Origin: Longimicrobiales bacterium
GTDB taxonomy: Bacteria > Gemmatimonadota > Gemmatimonadetes > Longimicrobiales > Gaopeijiaceae
Direction: 5' to 3'
Assembly (NCBI GenBank): GCA_965197725.1
Contig: CBDANQ010000003.1
Location: forward strand, 1 to 39,068
DNA length: 39,068 nucleotides
Below the pieces are notes generated by a model. It was not told the origin of the DNA. It searched no databases and saw nothing but the letters and a program-made list of their open reading frames with translations. Made by a program: the position numbers and the translations under genes. Positions 21,026 through 30,884 of the stretch are shown in pieces (the stretch's first letter is position 1; each line of letters begins with the position of its first letter).

Positions 21026-23122
21026 TTACCTCGCGCGGCTGAGATCTACCGGGCCGCCCCAGATCAGTTCCATGCCGGCCGCGTACTCCATGAGGCGGGC
21101 CTCCCCTTCGAAGTCGACGTACAGATAGGGTGTGCGGCGCAGAACGCTGATCAATCTGCCGTTTTCGATGGGTCCCAGGTCCCGCGCCACGACGATGCGT
21201 TCGCCGGGGACCGGGGGGGCCTGCCACAACAGAGGCTCCAACTCGATCACACCCAGGCGATCGGCTCGTGCCTCACGCAAGCAGGATGGCGTGGGGGCGC
21301 GAGACAGCGAGACACGGATCACGTTCCCGGGCGAGAGCTCTCGCCGCTCGAGCGAGCCCGGCGTCCCCGGCAAGGCGTCGAAGTCGAGCCGGTCCGTGGA
21401 CTCTCTGAGACTCCGGGCGCGATCCCGCGCGTAAGCGTCCACTGCGCAGATGTCGTTTCGACGTAGCGCGGTCTCGATCGAGTCCCGCCGCATGCGGCTG
21501 CTCGCCAAGCGTGCGCTGACGCGGGATGCCCAGCTTCCGTGCACGAACACGACGCTCGACTCTCTCACGCCGCTGGGCAGCATGGCTGAAGTGGCCGCGG
21601 TCGAAAGCGACGCATGGCCGCGGACAACCCCCGGGGCGAGCGCGAGACCTCCGAACAGTGCCAGGAGGACGACCCACGCCCGGAAGTCTCTATAGCGCCG
21701 GAGTGGGGCTACGTCCGATCCGACCAAGGAGACCGCGGCGATCACGAAGAGGGACGCCCACGCGGGCGAGCTGTGGTAGAGCATGCGTGGGCCCATGTGG
21801 ACACCGTGATGCCAGTACGACGCATTGGCCACGAGCGCCGCGCCCGCCCAGGCGCACAGAATCCCCCCGCCCCGTGGAAGGCTGCCGAGCACGAGCGCGG
21901 CGCCGATAAGCGCGAGGGCGGGGAGTGGTGTCTCGAGCAGGTGCGCACCCAACTGGACCGAGTCTGCGCCGGTATACGCTAGCGCCTCGACCCATCCATA
22001 CCGGTTGCCCCAAGGGTCGATGTGCAATCCGAGACCGTGGGCGGGGCCGAACGCAGCCGTGTAGCCCAGCGCGAACGGGTCGCCAAAGAGCCTCTGGTTC
22101 CAGGCTAGGAGCAGGATAGCAAAAGGCGCTCCACCTCCGAGGGTCCACGCAACGCGGCGGAGCCCCCAGCCGCGAGTCTCGAGTCCGGTCAGGATCGGAG
22201 GCAACCACACCGACAGTATCACGGCCGTCGATACCACGATGCCGACCCAAGGGCGGGCGAGCACGAAGAGACCGATCGATGCGCCGACAGCCAGCCCCCA
22301 TTTCGCGGAGCCGTCGCGCGTCAGCAGCGCGGTCCACAGCACGAGCGCCGCGCCCGCCGCCGCGGTCGTGTGGCTCAGATGCGTACCGCCAAGGAGGAGC
22401 CAGAACGGGCCCAACGTGACGAGCAGCGCTGCTAGACGAGCGACCCGCACGCCGCTGAGCAGGCGCTCGAGCGCGGCCGCGAACACCGCCGTAGCGACCC
22501 CGACCGCGACCGGACCGACGAGCCAAGGGACCCCCGCGATGAGTCCGATGGCAAGCAAGCCGGTGTGTCCGGGCGGGTACACCGACGTCCACCCTGCGGG
22601 CGTCAGAAGCCCGTTCTGCACGGCCCACGCTGCCTCGGTGCCCCCGACCTGGCGAGCGAGCCGTCCGCCAGCGAGGGTCTGGGCGTGTAGCAGCTGAACC
22701 ATCTCATCGACCGACGTGGGCAACGCGCCGAACAGGGACACCGCGATCCAGGCTGAAAGTCCGAACGATGCCACTCCTAGCGAGAGCGCATAGGCAGAGC
22801 GGCCCGGTCTTTCGAGAAGCCCTACGAGAGGCCGAACAGCCCAAGCGAGTCGATCAGCCGGGACGAAGCGCGACAGCGGGAGAGCAAGCCCCAGGACGAT
22901 CAACGTGCCCAGGAGGCCCACGTTCCAGGCGGCTTCGGCCGCCGCACGAGTGGAAGCCCCGGCAGCTCCGGCGACCGTCGGATCCAGCAATCGGTGGAGC
23001 GGGAGGTAGGCGAGCGACAGCAGTGTTGCACCAAATGCTCGCGTCGCGATCAGGCGCACTCGGGCCGGCAGCCCTGCCTGGGTGTCGTCGGAGGCCACAA
23101 GGTCGGGCTCTCGGTTGGGCAT
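21026..23122 (-). CDS. Polytopic membrane protein, GT-C (PMT/ArnT-like) glycosyltransferase
   Basis: Many TM segments; acidic SVDEM after the early TMs, YPPG, LSH, RP, GDPF..GY, GPR.LY. Start at 23122 or 23164. Confidence 0.65.
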   Translation of the reverse strand: MPNREPDLVASDDTQAGLPARVRLIATRAFGATLLSLAYLPLHRLLDPTVAGAAGASTRAAAEAAWNVGLLGTLIVLGLALPLSRFVPADRLAWAVRPLVGLLERPGRSAYALSLGVASFGLSAWIAVSLFGALPTSVDEMVQLLHAQTLAGGRLARQVGGTEAAWAVQNGLLTPAGWTSVYPPGHTGLLAIGLIAGVPWLVGPVAVGVATAVFAAALERLLSGVRVARLAALLVTLGPFWLLLGGTHLSHTTAAAGAALVLWTALLTRDGSAKWGLAVGASIGLFVLARPWVGIVVSTAVILSVWLPPILTGLETRGWGLRRVAWTLGGGAPFAILLLAWNQRLFGDPFALGYTAAFGPAHGLGLHIDPWGNRYGWVEALAYTGADSVQLGAHLLETPLPALALIGAALVLGSLPRGGGILCAWAGAALVANASYWHHGVHMGPRMLYHSSPAWASLFVIAAVSLVGSDVAPLRRYRDFRAWVVLLALFGGLALAPGVVRGHASLSTAATSAMLPSGVRESSVVFVHGSWASRVSARLASSRMRRDSIETALRRNDICAVDAYARDRARSLRESTDRLDFDALPGTPGSLERRELSPGNVIRVSLSRAPTPSCLREARADRLGVIELEPLLWQAPPVPGERIVVARDLGPIENGRLISVLRRTPYLYVDFEGEARLMEYAAGMELIWGGPVDLSRAR

Positions 23123-23309
23123 GGAGGACAATCTGTCCAGGACCCAACGTTCCGGCCAGCACATGAGACCCCCCCGCGGCTAGGCGTGCCTCGCATTCTG
23201 CGATGCGCGGGCGTTGGCAGATTGCAAAATTTTCTTATACGTTCTGTGAGCTCAAGCGGGGGCGGGCGCTCGCGTCCACGCTCCGCCCGGACCCTGGGAG
23301 ACGACCACT

Positions 23310-24989
23310 GTGGCTGAACCGACCTCCGCCCGCGTGAATCCCGGCGAATACCAGCTACTGCGCATTGACTTGCTACGGTGGCTGTACGTCGGACGGCTCA
23401 CGCTGGTCACGGGCATTCTCGCGGGCGCCTTCTGGACGTGGTTCGAGGCGCAGCCAGATGTGCTGCTCGTAACGGTCGTGATGTTCTTGGTCGCGCTGTT
23501 CGTGACGGCGGCATCCTTTTGGTACACTCACGTCAAAGGTGCCGAGGTCGGGAAGAACTTCCTCTACTCGCAGGTCATGTTCGATGTGGCATTGGTTACC
23601 GCCATCGTCCACGTGACGCTGGGGCCGGAGAGCACCTTCGCCCCGCTCTACATCCTCGTCATCAGCGTTGGGGCGCTACTGTTGCCCCTGCCCGGGGGTG
23701 TACTGATCGGCGCCCTGGCCAGTATCACGTACTTCGCCGACCTGGTGTGGGGCTTCCAGGAGACGTTGAGCCTGAGCTTGGCGCTCCAGATCGGACTCTT
23801 CACCTTGGTGGCCCTCATCACCGGACTGCTCGGGGACCGCCTCCGCCACACGGGGCTCGCGCTGGGTGCGATGGAGTCCGAGCTCGAGCAGCTGCGGTTG
23901 GACACGAGCGACATCCTGGCCAACCTCGCCACCGGCGTCCTGACGGTCGACGGCGAGGGTCGCTTGGCATACGCCAACCTGGCGGCGGAAGGGCTGCTCG
24001 GAATTGATCGCGACGCCTTTCTGGGACGGCCGGTCCTCGCCGAGGTCGATCGCATCGCCCCGGGCCTGAGCGGGGTGCTGGAGGGATCGATCCACCACGG
24101 GCGGTCCGTAGGACGCTTCCGAACCACCGCGACGCTTTCCGACTCTCGGAAAATTCGGCTGGGCGTCAGCACCGCTGTCTTGGAGCGCTCTGGTGACGAA
24201 GCCAACTCGGTGACCGCGATCTTTCAGGACATCACGGATCTCGAACGGATCGAAGAACTCCATGTTCGCACTCAGCGCTTCGAGGCCGTTGCGGCACTCT
24301 CGGCTTCCCTGGCGCACGAGATCAAGAATCCTCTCGCGTCGATCCGCAGTTCTGTCGAGCAGCTCAGCGGCAACTCGCTCGAGTCCGACGATCGCGCCGT
24401 TCTGGAACGGCTCGTCCTATCGGAGTCGGACCGGTTGAGCCGGCTCCTCTCCGAGTTTCTCGACTACTCGGTCATGAAGATCGGGGCCAAAGAAGAGTTG
24501 GACCTCGGGGCACTGGTCCAGGACTGCATTTCGCTGAGCAAGCAGCATCCGGACCTCGCCGCGGTTGATCTGGTCACTGAGGTCGACGAAGGCCCGGTGC
24601 GCGTCATGGGGGATGGGGATCTGCTGCATCGGGCCTTGTTGAACCTGTTGCTCAACGGTGCTCAGTGGGCGGGAGACGGGGGCAGGGTCGTCGTGTCTCT
24701 GACGGCCGCCTCGGATGCCCGCGACCGTCACGGGGCCAGCTTCGAATACCCGGTGCGGCTCGCGGTCCGCGATAGTGGCCCGGGGATCGATGCCGAAACA
24801 GCGAGCCGGGTCTTCGACCCTTTCTATACGACGAAGGAGGCGGGAAGTGGGCTAGGCCTCGCGGTGGTCCACCGCGCGGTTGAGGCACACCAGGGCGTGA
24901 CGTTCGTGGATCGTGCTCCCGAGGGGGGGGCTCAGTTCGTCATCTTTCTCCCGGGGATTTCGGGGGAGCAGTCCGGAGAAGACGCGTGA
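23310..24989 (+). CDS. pilS: PilS-like sensor histidine kinase
   Basis: LRWLYVGRL N-terminus, multiple TMs with VHVTLG..STFAPLY, PAS domain, LAHEIKNPLASI, DSGPGI, FDPFYTTK, GSGLGL. Confidence 0.85.
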   Translation: MAEPTSARVNPGEYQLLRIDLLRWLYVGRLTLVTGILAGAFWTWFEAQPDVLLVTVVMFLVALFVTAASFWYTHVKGAEVGKNFLYSQVMFDVALVTAIVHVTLGPESTFAPLYILVISVGALLLPLPGGVLIGALASITYFADLVWGFQETLSLSLALQIGLFTLVALITGLLGDRLRHTGLALGAMESELEQLRLDTSDILANLATGVLTVDGEGRLAYANLAAEGLLGIDRDAFLGRPVLAEVDRIAPGLSGVLEGSIHHGRSVGRFRTTATLSDSRKIRLGVSTAVLERSGDEANSVTAIFQDITDLERIEELHVRTQRFEAVAALSASLAHEIKNPLASIRSSVEQLSGNSLESDDRAVLERLVLSESDRLSRLLSEFLDYSVMKIGAKEELDLGALVQDCISLSKQHPDLAAVDLVTEVDEGPVRVMGDGDLLHRALLNLLLNGAQWAGDGGRVVVSLTAASDARDRHGASFEYPVRLAVRDSGPGIDAETASRVFDPFYTTKEAGSGLGLAVVHRAVEAHQGVTFVDRAPEGGAQFVIFLPGISGEQSGEDA

Positions 24990-26350
24990 GTCAGGATGTG
25001 AAGATCCTTCTGGTCGACGACGAGACCGCGATCCTCGAGACCCTCAGCATTCTCTTCCGCGGCGTCGGGTACGACGTGACAGTCGCAAACTCCGGTGCTA
25101 AGGCTCTGATCGCGCTGAGTGAAGAGAAACCGGATATCGTCCTCACCGACATCCGCATGCCTGGCGCTACCGGGCTCGAGGTGCTCGCCAAGGCGCGTGA
25201 AGTGGACGCCGAAATATCCGTGATTCTCATGACGGCCCAGGCATCTCTTCAGTCTGCGGTGCGGGCGGTGAACGAGGGGGCCTACTACTACCTGCAGAAA
25301 CCGTTTGCGAACGACGAGCTGCTCGCGATCTGCCAGCGCGCGGCTGAGGCTCGCCAGCTGAGAGTCGAGAACAGGGCTCTGAAGAAGGAGATCCAAAAAC
25401 GAACCCCGTCTGCCGAAGGTCGACCAGTCGGGGCGGCCCCCAGTTTCATAGAGGTGCTCGAACTCGCGGAAACGGTTGCGCCGACGGATTCCACGGTACT
25501 GCTCTCAGGCGAGAGCGGTACCGGCAAGGAAGTGCTGGCGCGCTACATCCACCGGCTCTCCGATCGCGCAGAGGGACCGTTCCTGTCGATCAACTGTGGC
25601 GCGCTGCCGGAGAGCCTGCTGGAAAGCGAGCTCTTCGGGCACATGAAGGGGTCGTTCACGGGTGCCGTGAAGGACAAGGAAGGTCTCCTTACCGCGGCCG
25701 CCGGTGGCACGTTTTTCCTGGACGAAATCGGCGAAATGAGCGCGGCGACCCAGGTGAAGCTGTTGCGGGCACTGCAGGAACGAGAGGTGATCCCGGTGGG
25801 CGCGACGAAAGTCCTGCCCGTCGACGTGCGCATCATGGCGGCGACGAACCGGGAGCTAGAGCAGGCGATCGAGAGAGGGACCTTTCGCAGCGACCTCTAT
25901 TACCGCTTGAACGTGATCCAACTCCGCCTTCCGCCTCTGCGGGAGCGGCTTGAAGACGTGCCCATACTCGCGCAATACTTCCTGGAGTCTCGCGCCAGCC
26001 CCGACGCTCCCGCGCCCCACATCTCCGAGCAGACGATGGCGGTTCTGATCCAGCACGACTGGCCCGGCAACGTGCGCGAGCTCGAGAACGCGCTGGAACG
26101 CGCCACCGTGGTCTCCGGGGGCCGGGAGATCACGCCCGCTTCGTTGCCCGAGCGAGTCCGCGAAGCGCCGCCTCAGCGCCTGGGCTCGGAAGACCTTACG
26201 CAGAATCCGACCATGGAGGTCGTAGAGCGCGCGTACATGCTCTGGGTCCTGCAAGCCGAGGGTGGAAACAAGAAACGCGCCGCGGAGCTGTTGGGCATCG
26301 ACCCGTCGACGTTGTACAGGAAGCTCAGCCGGTACGGGATCGACGATTGA
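24986..26350 (+). CDS. pilR: Sigma54-dependent response regulator (PilR/NtrC family)
   Basis: REC domain, GESGTGKE, ESELFGHMKGSFTGA, FLDEIGE, WPGNVRELEN, Fis-type HTH. GTGA overlap with pilS. The symbol rests on context. Confidence 0.85.
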   Translation: MSQDVKILLVDDETAILETLSILFRGVGYDVTVANSGAKALIALSEEKPDIVLTDIRMPGATGLEVLAKAREVDAEISVILMTAQASLQSAVRAVNEGAYYYLQKPFANDELLAICQRAAEARQLRVENRALKKEIQKRTPSAEGRPVGAAPSFIEVLELAETVAPTDSTVLLSGESGTGKEVLARYIHRLSDRAEGPFLSINCGALPESLLESELFGHMKGSFTGAVKDKEGLLTAAAGGTFFLDEIGEMSAATQVKLLRALQEREVIPVGATKVLPVDVRIMAATNRELEQAIERGTFRSDLYYRLNVIQLRLPPLRERLEDVPILAQYFLESRASPDAPAPHISEQTMAVLIQHDWPGNVRELENALERATVVSGGREITPASLPERVREAPPQRLGSEDLTQNPTMEVVERAYMLWVLQAEGGNKKRAAELLGIDPSTLYRKLSRYGIDD

Positions 26351-28206
26351 GCTCGCCGGTGCTTTCGGTGCGCCGAGCTGCGCTGCTCGCGGCGAGCCTC
26401 GGCGCACTCGTTCACGTGGGCGCTCTTTGGAACGGGTTCGCGTACGACGACGTGGTCCTGATTGCAGGCGATCCAGGGATCCGCACACTCGAGGGGCTTC
26501 TGCAACGCCTCGGTGAGCCGTCCTGGCCCGGCTCCTTCGGGGACCAGGTGGGTGGGTGGCGGCCCCTCACCACGGCGTTGTGGGCAGTCACGTGGATCGC
26601 GACCGGCGGAAGCACGCTCGGCTTCCACTTGTTGGGGATCTTCCTTCACGCATGTGCATGCGGGCTCGTCGTTCTCCTACTGGCCGAGTTGATGTCGTTG
26701 CCCGCGGCGCTGCTCGGGGGGCTCGTCTTCTCCGTGCACCCCGTTCACGTGGAGGCGATCGCCAACATTGCGGGCACGGCAGAGCCTCTGGCCACGACGT
26801 TCGCTTTGGCTGCGGCCATCGTGCACTTGAGAGCCCGGAGTAGCTACCGGCTCGGGCGAGCCATCGTCGTCACGTCGTGCTACGCGCTCGCCGTGCTCGC
26901 CAAGGAAGGAGCGGCCATCCTCCCGCTGCTGCTCTTGCTGATCGATGCCGCGAGAGGAGAGTGGCAGCACGGGACGCTCGTGCCGTGGCTCCGGCAAAAA
27001 GGGACTGTCTTCGGCCTCATGTTCGCGACGCTCGCTGGCCTGCTCCTCGCGCGAGTGGGCTTCGTGGGCGGTGTGACGACCGCCACGATGCCGCCCGGCG
27101 GCTCGGTTCTCGAAGAGATTCCGAGGATTTGGACCCTGGCCTCGGTTTGGCCGGAGTATTTCCGGCTGTTTCTCTTCCCGCTCGACCTGTCCGCGGACTA
27201 CGGGCCAGACGTGATTCCGATCGCGTTCGCGTGGACCGCGGAGGGAGCTCTCGGGGTGACCCTCGTTGTCTCGACTCTTGCGTTGGCGGGGCTCGCTTGG
27301 CGTCGGGGTGGCCCGGCCGACTCTCAGCGGCTACTCGGGCTCGGCGTGCTATGGATCGCGGCCGCGTTGCTCCCCGTCGCGAACGTGCTCTACCTCGGAC
27401 CCGTGCTCGTCGCGGAGCGAACCCTCTACCTCCCCTCGGTCGGCCTGGCGATCTCGTGCGGATGGCTGCTCGGGGAGTTCCATCGCGTGCGCCCTCGCCA
27501 AGCTAAAGCCCTCGTGACCGTGCTCGTCGTGGCCGGCGCGGCGCGTAGCGCGGCGCGGGTACCGGTTTGGGACAGCACCGAATCCGTGATGAGCGCGCTC
27601 ATCGAAGATCATCCGGAGTCGGGACGGGGGTGGCTCGCTCTCGGTCAGCGGCTGCTCGCGGAGGGCCGAGAGCCGGAGGCGCGGCGGGCCTTTTCCTACG
27701 CGGTGGGCATCCTGAACTCCGAGTACAAAGAGAGCACCGAGATCGCGTCGCATCTCATGGCCATGGGTCGTCCGAATTCGGCACGCCTGTTCCTAGAGCG
27801 TGCGTGGCGGGAGGAGCCCGAATGGCCCACGGCCCCCGGGCTGCTCGCGTCGGTCGAGCTGACCGCGGGACGCTTCTCCGAGGTGGAGGCGGCCGCCCGA
27901 GCCGCTACGCTCGCACAACCGTCGAACGGGAGCCTGCACCAGTTGCTCGCTCAGTCCCTTTCGCGTCTGGGCCGGCACGAGGACGCTGTTGCGTCTCGAA
28001 TTCGGGCGCTCGAGTCCGGGCTGGAACAGCAGTTTCGACCGTGGTTGCTTCTCGCTGGTGATCACGCGAGCGCCGGTGACACATTGGCTGCCCTCTCGGC
28101 TCTCGACTCGGCCGAGGCACGCGCCGGCTCTCCCGCAGACCTCGACGCGACTCGGGCTGCACGACTCGCGCTGGGTTCATCCTCGGACTCCAACGAGCTC
28201 GACTGA
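26347..28206 (+). CDS. TMTC-like GT-C glycosyltransferase (DUF1736-like + TPR) 1
   Basis: Motifs FAYDD, WRPL, HPVHVEAIA, AKE, FPLDLSADY, AERTLYLPS; helical TPR-like tail. TTGA overlap with the pilR stop. Confidence 0.85.
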   Translation: MSSPVLSVRRAALLAASLGALVHVGALWNGFAYDDVVLIAGDPGIRTLEGLLQRLGEPSWPGSFGDQVGGWRPLTTALWAVTWIATGGSTLGFHLLGIFLHACACGLVVLLLAELMSLPAALLGGLVFSVHPVHVEAIANIAGTAEPLATTFALAAAIVHLRARSSYRLGRAIVVTSCYALAVLAKEGAAILPLLLLLIDAARGEWQHGTLVPWLRQKGTVFGLMFATLAGLLLARVGFVGGVTTATMPPGGSVLEEIPRIWTLASVWPEYFRLFLFPLDLSADYGPDVIPIAFAWTAEGALGVTLVVSTLALAGLAWRRGGPADSQRLLGLGVLWIAAALLPVANVLYLGPVLVAERTLYLPSVGLAISCGWLLGEFHRVRPRQAKALVTVLVVAGAARSAARVPVWDSTESVMSALIEDHPESGRGWLALGQRLLAEGREPEARRAFSYAVGILNSEYKESTEIASHLMAMGRPNSARLFLERAWREEPEWPTAPGLLASVELTAGRFSEVEAAARAATLAQPSNGSLHQLLAQSLSRLGRHEDAVASRIRALESGLEQQFRPWLLLAGDHASAGDTLAALSALDSAEARAGSPADLDATRAARLALGSSSDSNELD

Positions 28207-28207
28207 C

Positions 28208-29089
28208 ATGCGCAATCATCAAAGCTCCGGCGTCAACTTCCCTGGCGTCCCACCGACACGACTCCCCTGGGATCGCGTCACGCTGTCCGTCGTGATTCCC
28301 GCGTACAATGAAACTGCAACCGTCGAGCGCCTTCTGCGCCGGGTACGCGAAGTGCCGCTCAACCTCGAGGTGATCGTCGTGGACGACGGCTCTACTGACG
28401 GGACCCGCGACCTGCTGAGAGAGCTCGAGGGCGAGTTGATCGACCAGCTGGTCCTGCATGAGAAGAACGCGGGCAAAGGTGCCGCGCTGCGCACAGGCTT
28501 CGGCAGAGCGACGGGAGACGTCGTGGTCGTCCAGGATGCGGATCTCGAGTACGACCCTTACGAACTCCCCATCCTGCTCGAGCCGATTTTGAGCGGACGG
28601 GCCGACGCGGTGTACGGCTCCCGTTTCCTGGGCGGGCCGCACCGTGTGCTCTTCTTCTGGCACTCGGTGGGCAATCGCTTGCTCACGCTTCTCTCCAATA
28701 TGCTCACTGACGTCAACCTCACGGACATGGAGACGTGCTACAAAATGGTGCGCACCGAGCTCCTGCAGTCCTTACCGCTCTCCGCGCACCGGTTCGGGAT
28801 CGAACCCGAGTTGACCGCGAGGCTCGCGCAGGCGGGTGCCCGCATCTACGAGTTGCCGATCAGCTACCACGGACGCTCATACGCAGAGGGCAAGAAGATC
28901 GGATGGAGGGACGGCGTGTCCGCGTTCTGGTCGATCCTCAGGTACAACGTCTCGCCACCGAGGGTACCGAAGTGGATTCCGCCATTGACGGATCCGTGGA
29001 ACGAGCCGGATCGCATCGCGGCTGTTTCCGAGGGCGCAGCGGACCCCCGCGCCGGAGCCGGAGACCCTGAGCCCCACGAGAACAGCTAG
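28208..29089 (+). CDS. GT2 glycosyltransferase, DPM1-like (polyprenol-phosphate sugar synthase)
   Basis: Motifs VVIPAYNE, VVDDGSTDGT, NAGKGAAL, QDADLEYDP, VYGSRF, TDMETCYK, EGKKIGWRDG. ATG at 28208. Confidence 0.9.
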   Translation: MRNHQSSGVNFPGVPPTRLPWDRVTLSVVIPAYNETATVERLLRRVREVPLNLEVIVVDDGSTDGTRDLLRELEGELIDQLVLHEKNAGKGAALRTGFGRATGDVVVVQDADLEYDPYELPILLEPILSGRADAVYGSRFLGGPHRVLFFWHSVGNRLLTLLSNMLTDVNLTDMETCYKMVRTELLQSLPLSAHRFGIEPELTARLAQAGARIYELPISYHGRSYAEGKKIGWRDGVSAFWSILRYNVSPPRVPKWIPPLTDPWNEPDRIAAVSEGAADPRAGAGDPEPHENS

Positions 29090-29096
29090 AAGGCAC

Positions 29097-30884
29097 GTGC
29101 CGACCACACTCCCGAGGGCGCGAGTCCTCCTGCTGTTCGTCGCCATCTCGGTGTATGCGAACTCGCTCGGCAATGGGTTCACCTACGACGACAACTGGGT
29201 CATCGTCGAGAATCCAGTGGTCACGGAGGGCAGGGTCGTGGACGCGTTCATGGCGCCCTACTGGCCGGGCGCGCGTCCTGGAAGGGGCAACTATCGCCCG
29301 CTCGCGCTCTCGAGCTTCGGACTCGAGTGGGCCGCCTTCGACGGGGGAGCGCTCGGCTTTCACATCGTGAGCGTGCTCGCGCATGCGCTCGTCTGCCTGC
29401 TCGTGCTCGCGCTACTCACTCGTTTCGTGCCGATTCCCACGGCGCTCGTCGGAGCGCTTCTCTTCGCTGTGCACCCCGTGCACGTGGAGGCGGTGGCCAA
29501 TCTCGTGGGGCGTTCGGAACTTTACGCGGCTCTGGCGTATCTGGGGGCCTGCTTGCTATACCTCGACACCGGAGGCCGGAGGGGTCCGCGCTCCGCGGTG
29601 CGACTGCTAAGCCTCATCGCGCTCTTTCTGCTCGCGCTGGGCAGCAAGGAGATCGCCATCACGCTCCCCGGCGTGCTGTTCGTGCTCGAGCTGTACAGGC
29701 GGAGCGACATAGCCCTCCTGACCAGGCTGAGATCCGAGACGCCTACGTATGTGGCCTTGACGGGTACGTTCGCGATCTACGTTCTCGTGCGTGCCGCGGT
29801 GATCGGTGGACTGACCGGTGAAGGTCCCGCCGCGGGCCTCGTCAGCCTCTCGCTCGGCGAGCGGCTACTGACCGCGCTCACCGTGTGGCCACAGTACCTG
29901 AGGCTCATGGTTTTTCCCCTGGATCTCAGTGCCGACTATGCGCCGGGGGTCTTCCTGGTCACCACCTCGCTCACGGTGGAGGTCATTGTGGGGACTGTCC
30001 TGCTGCTCGCCGTGGTGGCTGGCGCGTGGCTGTTGCGAGATCGCTCACGAACGCTCGCACTCGGGCTGGCGTGGTTTTTCGTCGCGGTTCTTCCTGTCTC
30101 GAACCTGGTGGTCCGCTCCGATGTCCTTCTCGCCGAACGCACGCTCTACCTCCCGTCGGTCGGCTTGGCTCTCGTGCTCGCCGGTCTTGCGCACGAGCTC
30201 GCACCGTCGATACCACGCTCGAGACGACGCGTGCTCGCGGGGCTCGTCGGCGTGGCACTCGCCGCGATGAGCGTTCGCACCGTTACGAGAAACCCCACTT
30301 GGTTGGACACGTTCACGATGCTCAACACGCTTGCGGCCGAGCACCCGGAGTCCTCACTAGCGCTCCGTGCGCGGGCCCATGGATTCGAACGAGTGGGGGA
30401 GGCTGAGCAAGCGCGGCAAGCGTATGAGCTCGCGCTGGGGTTCGCTCCCGACGACTACCAGCTCGTCGTCGAGGTGGGTGTCCTATACTCCGACCTAGGG
30501 CAGCACGAGCGCGCCGAGCAGCTCTTTGCGTCCGCCATCAGCCTGCTTCCAACCCATCCCGCGGCGTACACTGAGCTGGCAAAGCAGCGGCTGCTGCGGG
30601 GTGAGGGGCGCGGCGCGCACGCCGCGGCGCTGAGGGGCCTGGCCCGCGCTGGCTCCGACCGGCAGCTCTGGTCGTTGGTTTCGGAATCGTACGTCGCCAA
30701 GGGTGACCTTGCGGCGGCGATCCGCGCCGGCCGGGCCTCGCTAGGGCAGGAGCCCGACTTCGAGCCCGGCTGGAGCCGCCTGGCGGAGCTGCTCACACTC
30801 GACGGCAAGCAAGACGAGGCGCGCGCAGCTCGTGAACGGGCTTCTCAGATCCTCGCCTCGCGCGACGGCGGAGCTGGGGCATGA
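29097..30884 (+). CDS. TMTC-like GT-C glycosyltransferase (DUF1736-like + TPR) 2
   Basis: Motifs FTYDD, YRPL, HPVHVEAVANLVGRSEL, SKE, FPLDLSADY, AERTLYLPS, RNPTW; TPR repeats. Confidence 0.88.
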   Translation: MPTTLPRARVLLLFVAISVYANSLGNGFTYDDNWVIVENPVVTEGRVVDAFMAPYWPGARPGRGNYRPLALSSFGLEWAAFDGGALGFHIVSVLAHALVCLLVLALLTRFVPIPTALVGALLFAVHPVHVEAVANLVGRSELYAALAYLGACLLYLDTGGRRGPRSAVRLLSLIALFLLALGSKEIAITLPGVLFVLELYRRSDIALLTRLRSETPTYVALTGTFAIYVLVRAAVIGGLTGEGPAAGLVSLSLGERLLTALTVWPQYLRLMVFPLDLSADYAPGVFLVTTSLTVEVIVGTVLLLAVVAGAWLLRDRSRTLALGLAWFFVAVLPVSNLVVRSDVLLAERTLYLPSVGLALVLAGLAHELAPSIPRSRRRVLAGLVGVALAAMSVRTVTRNPTWLDTFTMLNTLAAEHPESSLALRARAHGFERVGEAEQARQAYELALGFAPDDYQLVVEVGVLYSDLGQHERAEQLFASAISLLPTHPAAYTELAKQRLLRGEGRGAHAAALRGLARAGSDRQLWSLVSESYVAKGDLAAAIRAGRASLGQEPDFEPGWSRLAELLTLDGKQDEARAARERASQILASRDGGAGA